NCBI GenBank assembly: GCA_003990765.1 | Contig: RBNJ01000147.1 | Coordinates: 1 to 39,243 of the forward strand | Source of the DNA: Jimgerdemannia flammicorona | Lineage: Eukaryota | Length of the DNA: 39,243 nucleotides | Reading direction: 5' to 3' | Made by a program: the position numbers and the translations under genes | Shown: piece after piece, positions 36,156 through 39,243 of the stretch | Layout: the number at the start of each line of letters is the position of its first letter | Position numbering within the stretch: the stretch's first letter is position 1 | Notes under the pieces: model-generated | Databases searched by the model: none | What the model saw: only the letters and a program-made list of their open reading frames with translations | Told to the model about the DNA's origin: nothing

Positions 36156-37159
36156 TCTCTCCCTCCTTAAGAACTAATATCCTTATTAAGTTCTTAGATA
36201 ACACAAGACTAGATATACTTAACTAAAATTTCTCAAACTTATATCAGTATATTGGTGGAGATTGACCATCCTCATATAGAGCAGAGGACCTATTACCAGA
36301 CTAACTAACTGAGAGAGATTTGAACCCAGCTAGTAGCTTCATTTTGGTAGACTTCTTGTTTATTAAATGTTCTACTAGTTCTGGGGTCCCAAAGTAAACC
36401 TCCAATATATAAGGTACTGATTATTACTATAGATCATCAATAATCTAAGAAAGTTACTGTAGGAATTAGGTAATACATTTTATCTTAAAGTCTTGAACTA
36501 GATCTTGAGAGTTCTTGAGGTTGACCAGCAGTTCCCAGATAACATTATATTTAGGATAGCTCATCTACTTGACTAGATATTCAGGATAGTAGTAGTAGAT
36601 TTGTTTGTTAAGAATTTTCTCAGCTTTATACTTGATATGATCTTTAATAATCACAGGGATAGATGGCTTAGAAATTTGACCAGGGTAGGGTAGTAACTGG
36701 TTCTAGGTCTTGAGGTGTGATAAATAAAAGACTGGGTATACTCTCATGATTTCAGATAGCTTGAGGTAGTAGGAGGATGCAGAGACTTATTCAGTAATCT
36801 CAAAAAGTCCAATATACTTAAGTTAGAACTTGTTTGAAGAGTGGTTGACATTTTGAGGTTCTCAGTAGACAGTAGGACTTGATCTCTGATAGTATAAGTG
36901 ACATTATGGTGTTTCTTGTCAGTATACTTGACTTGATGCTGTTGAGTCTTCTGAAGATTCATAGTAGCAATCTTGAATAGTTCATCTATTTTATCTATAA
37001 GACTCTTGGTAGTAGAGACTTATATTTGACTGTTTTTCTTGAAAGAGAATAGACTTGCAGAGATCTCAGAATCTTGACTGTAGAGTAACCAGAAAGAGGA
37101 AAAGCCAGTAGATGATTAATAGTATTATTGTATATAAACTCTGTATAAGTCAAGTAGTG
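35692..37159 (-). mobile_element. Second chromovirus family, 3' fragment E1 (integrase C-terminus, chromodomain, PPT, 3' LTR)
   Basis: PPT AAGGAGGGAGAGA is followed by TGTAAC at 36155. A chromodomain-like YKAEKILNK...PEYLVK..YP..IWE lies at about 36480..36650. Confidence 0.82.
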
Positions 37160-37615
37160 TATAACAGTTCTAGTTTCTTTAAGAGGAAGCAGCTAAATCT
37201 GGAAGTTCTGATTGGCCTAAAGTAGCTCAAAGAGATACTTAAAGATTCAAGTATTCTTGAAGAATTTCTAGGAGAAAATATTCTGAGCTTTATTCAGATA
37301 GAGAACAAGGATATTTATACATGATCTGAAAGAAAGATCTGGAAGGATCTTGGAAAGAAAGAGAAATGCCAAGAAATAGGTTCTTGGCAAAGCTGACTAA
37401 TACTATTCTACAATGTTCCAAAAGGTTTCATAACTAGCTAAGACTAGGTGCTTGGTGCCAAGGAAAGACAAGAATGTTCTAGTAGTGCTGAGAGAAGGTT
37501 TCTAAGTAAGTAGAAGGTGACAGAACATAGTAGAATATTCAAGAAAAGACAAGAATAGACTAACTAAAAGATGCAAAAATGTACTAAGACTAAATATGAC
37601 TGTGAAATTATTACA
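37160..37615 (-). repeat. LTR of E2 (about 456 bp)
   Basis: Direct repeat of 35692..36155, adjacent to a PPT. Confidence 0.8.
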
Positions 37616-39071
37616 TCCCTCTCTCCTTAAGAACTAATATCCTTATTGAGTTCTTAGATAACACAAGACTAGATATACTTAACCAAAATTTCTCAAACTT
37701 GAATTGGCACATTGGTAGAGATTGGCCATCCTTATATAGGGCAGAGAGCCTATTATCAGACTAATCAACTAGGAGGGGTTCAAACTCAGCTAGTAGCTTC
37801 ATTTCAGTGGACTTCTCATTCATTAAATGTTCTGCTAGTTTCAGGGTCCCAAAGTAAACTTCTAATGTATAAGGCACTGGTCATTGCTATAGATCATCAA
37901 TAATCTAAGAAAGTCACTACAGGGATTGAGCAATACATTTTGCCTTAAAGTCTTGAACTAGATCTTGAGAGTTCTTGAGGTTGACCAGTAGTTCTCAGAT
38001 AGTATCATATTCAGAATAACCTATCCACTTGACTAGGTATTCAGGGTAGTAGTAGCAGATTCATTTGTTGAGGATTTTCTTAGCTTTGTACTCAATATAG
38101 TCTTCAATAATCATAGGAGCAGAAGGCTTAGGAATTTGACCAGGGTAGAGTGGTGACTGGTTCTAGGTCTTGAGGTGTGATATATGAAAGATTGAGTATA
38201 CTCTCATAGTTTCAGGTAGCTTGAGGTGGTAGGAGGATGCAGAGACCTATTTGGTGATCTCAAAAGGTCCAATATACTTGAGTTGGAACTTGTTTGAAGG
38301 GTGGTTGACTTGAGATTATATCTTGAGGTTCTTAGTAGACAGTAGGACTTGATCTCCAATAGTGTAAGTGACATCACAGCATTTCTTGTCAGTATACTTG
38401 GCTTGATACTGTTGAGCCTTCTGAAGATTCATAGTAGCAATCTTGAGTAGTTCATCCATTTTGTCTGTAAGATTCTTGGCAGTTGGGACTTATATTTGAC
38501 TGGTTTTCTTGAAAGAGAATAGACTTGCAGGGGTTTCGGGATCTTGACTGTAGAGTAACCAGAAAGGAGAAAGACCAGTAGATGATTGGACAGTATTGTT
38601 ATATACAAACTCCACATAAGTCAGGTAGATGTCCCAATCAACTTGCTCATAGGAAATATAGTTTCTAAGCATTTGTTCTAGAGTTCTGTTCATGCACTCA
38701 GTTTGTCTATCAGTTTGTGGGTAAAAGGCAGTAGATATAGCCAATTGAGTTCCCAGAGTCTTGAAGAGGGTTTGTCAGAAGTGATTGGTGAACTTGGGGT
38801 CATGATCACTGACAATTACTTGTAGTAGACCATAGTGACAGAAGATGAACTTGAAGAAGATTGTTGCAATCTCAGGTATAGTAGCATTGATAGTAATTAA
38901 TTCAGCAATTATAGTCTTGGTCAGGTGGTCAATGAATATGACAATAGCATCAGTACCAGATTGAGTTCATGGTAGTTGAGTTACAAAGTTCATGGTAACT
39001 TGCTCAAACTTCTTGGTAGAAATTGGTAGTGGTTATAGCAAACTGGCAAGTGCTTAGTTGATAGACTTATT
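37160..39071 (-). mobile_element. Second chromovirus family, 3' fragment E2 (integrase core, chromodomain, PPT, 3' LTR)
   Basis: MNFVTQLP...DAIVIFIDHLTK...VIVSDHDPKFT...STAFYPQTDRQTECMNRTLEQMLRNY (includes ORF 38490..38744); interrupted at 39072. Confidence 0.85.
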
Positions 39072-39243
39072 TAGTGCTCCGAACGAGTCAATTCGAATCA
39101 AATCCGGATTCGATTCGTCACATGATGGTTTGATTCGAATCTCAAATCCGAAGCCATCCGGATCAACTCGGATTTAATCCGAATCGCCCCATCCGAATCG
39201 CCCCATCCGAATCACCCATCCGAACCACCCCAATCCGAATCAC
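39072..39243. mobile_element. Probable terminus of a young hAT-like DNA transposon with subterminal ATYCGAATC repeats
   Basis: Abrupt start TAGTGCTCCGAACG inside the E2 integrase; about 17 CpG in 172 bp; many ATCCGAATC/GATTCGAATC motifs in both orientations. The other end is outside the window. Confidence 0.6.

Noticed and set aside
39170-39243. CRISPR array or telomere repeat
   Set aside because: Short imperfect tandem units without spacers, in a eukaryotic TE context; a subterminal repeat explains them better.

Overview
This is a eukaryotic, probably fungal, stack of nested and mostly decayed transposons, and I can see no intact host gene. It holds four copies of one Ty3/Gypsy chromovirus family: D (1..2502, minus, cut by the window edge), B (5991..23058, minus, TSD ATAAG), C (6394..12754, plus, TSD TATTG, nested in B's 3' LTR and internally deleted) and A (23243..33844, plus, TSD ATAGT). 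The family has an unusual, retrovirus-like layout. The ~2.06-kb LTRs carry a ~365-codon ORF of unknown function in U3, and copy C has an unrelated ~0.7-kb cassette in that slot. One long reading frame opens inside U5, crosses the PBS and runs through a ~380-codon ATG-less extension, Gag with a CCHC knuckle, dUTPase, a Cys/His linker, protease, RT, RNase H, integrase and a chromodomain. A further ~120-codon ORF ends at the first bases of the 3' LTR. The window also contains an L1-like LINE with an internal inversion and poly(A) tail, two tiny poly(A) insertions with TSDs, a heavily mutated DDD-type (Sola-like) transposase that received most of these insertions, two 3' fragments of a second chromovirus family, and a CpG-rich probable hAT terminus at the right edge. 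Copies differ mainly by C-to-T/G-to-A transitions at CpG and CpA. All calls come from manual reading and translation; no database search was run.
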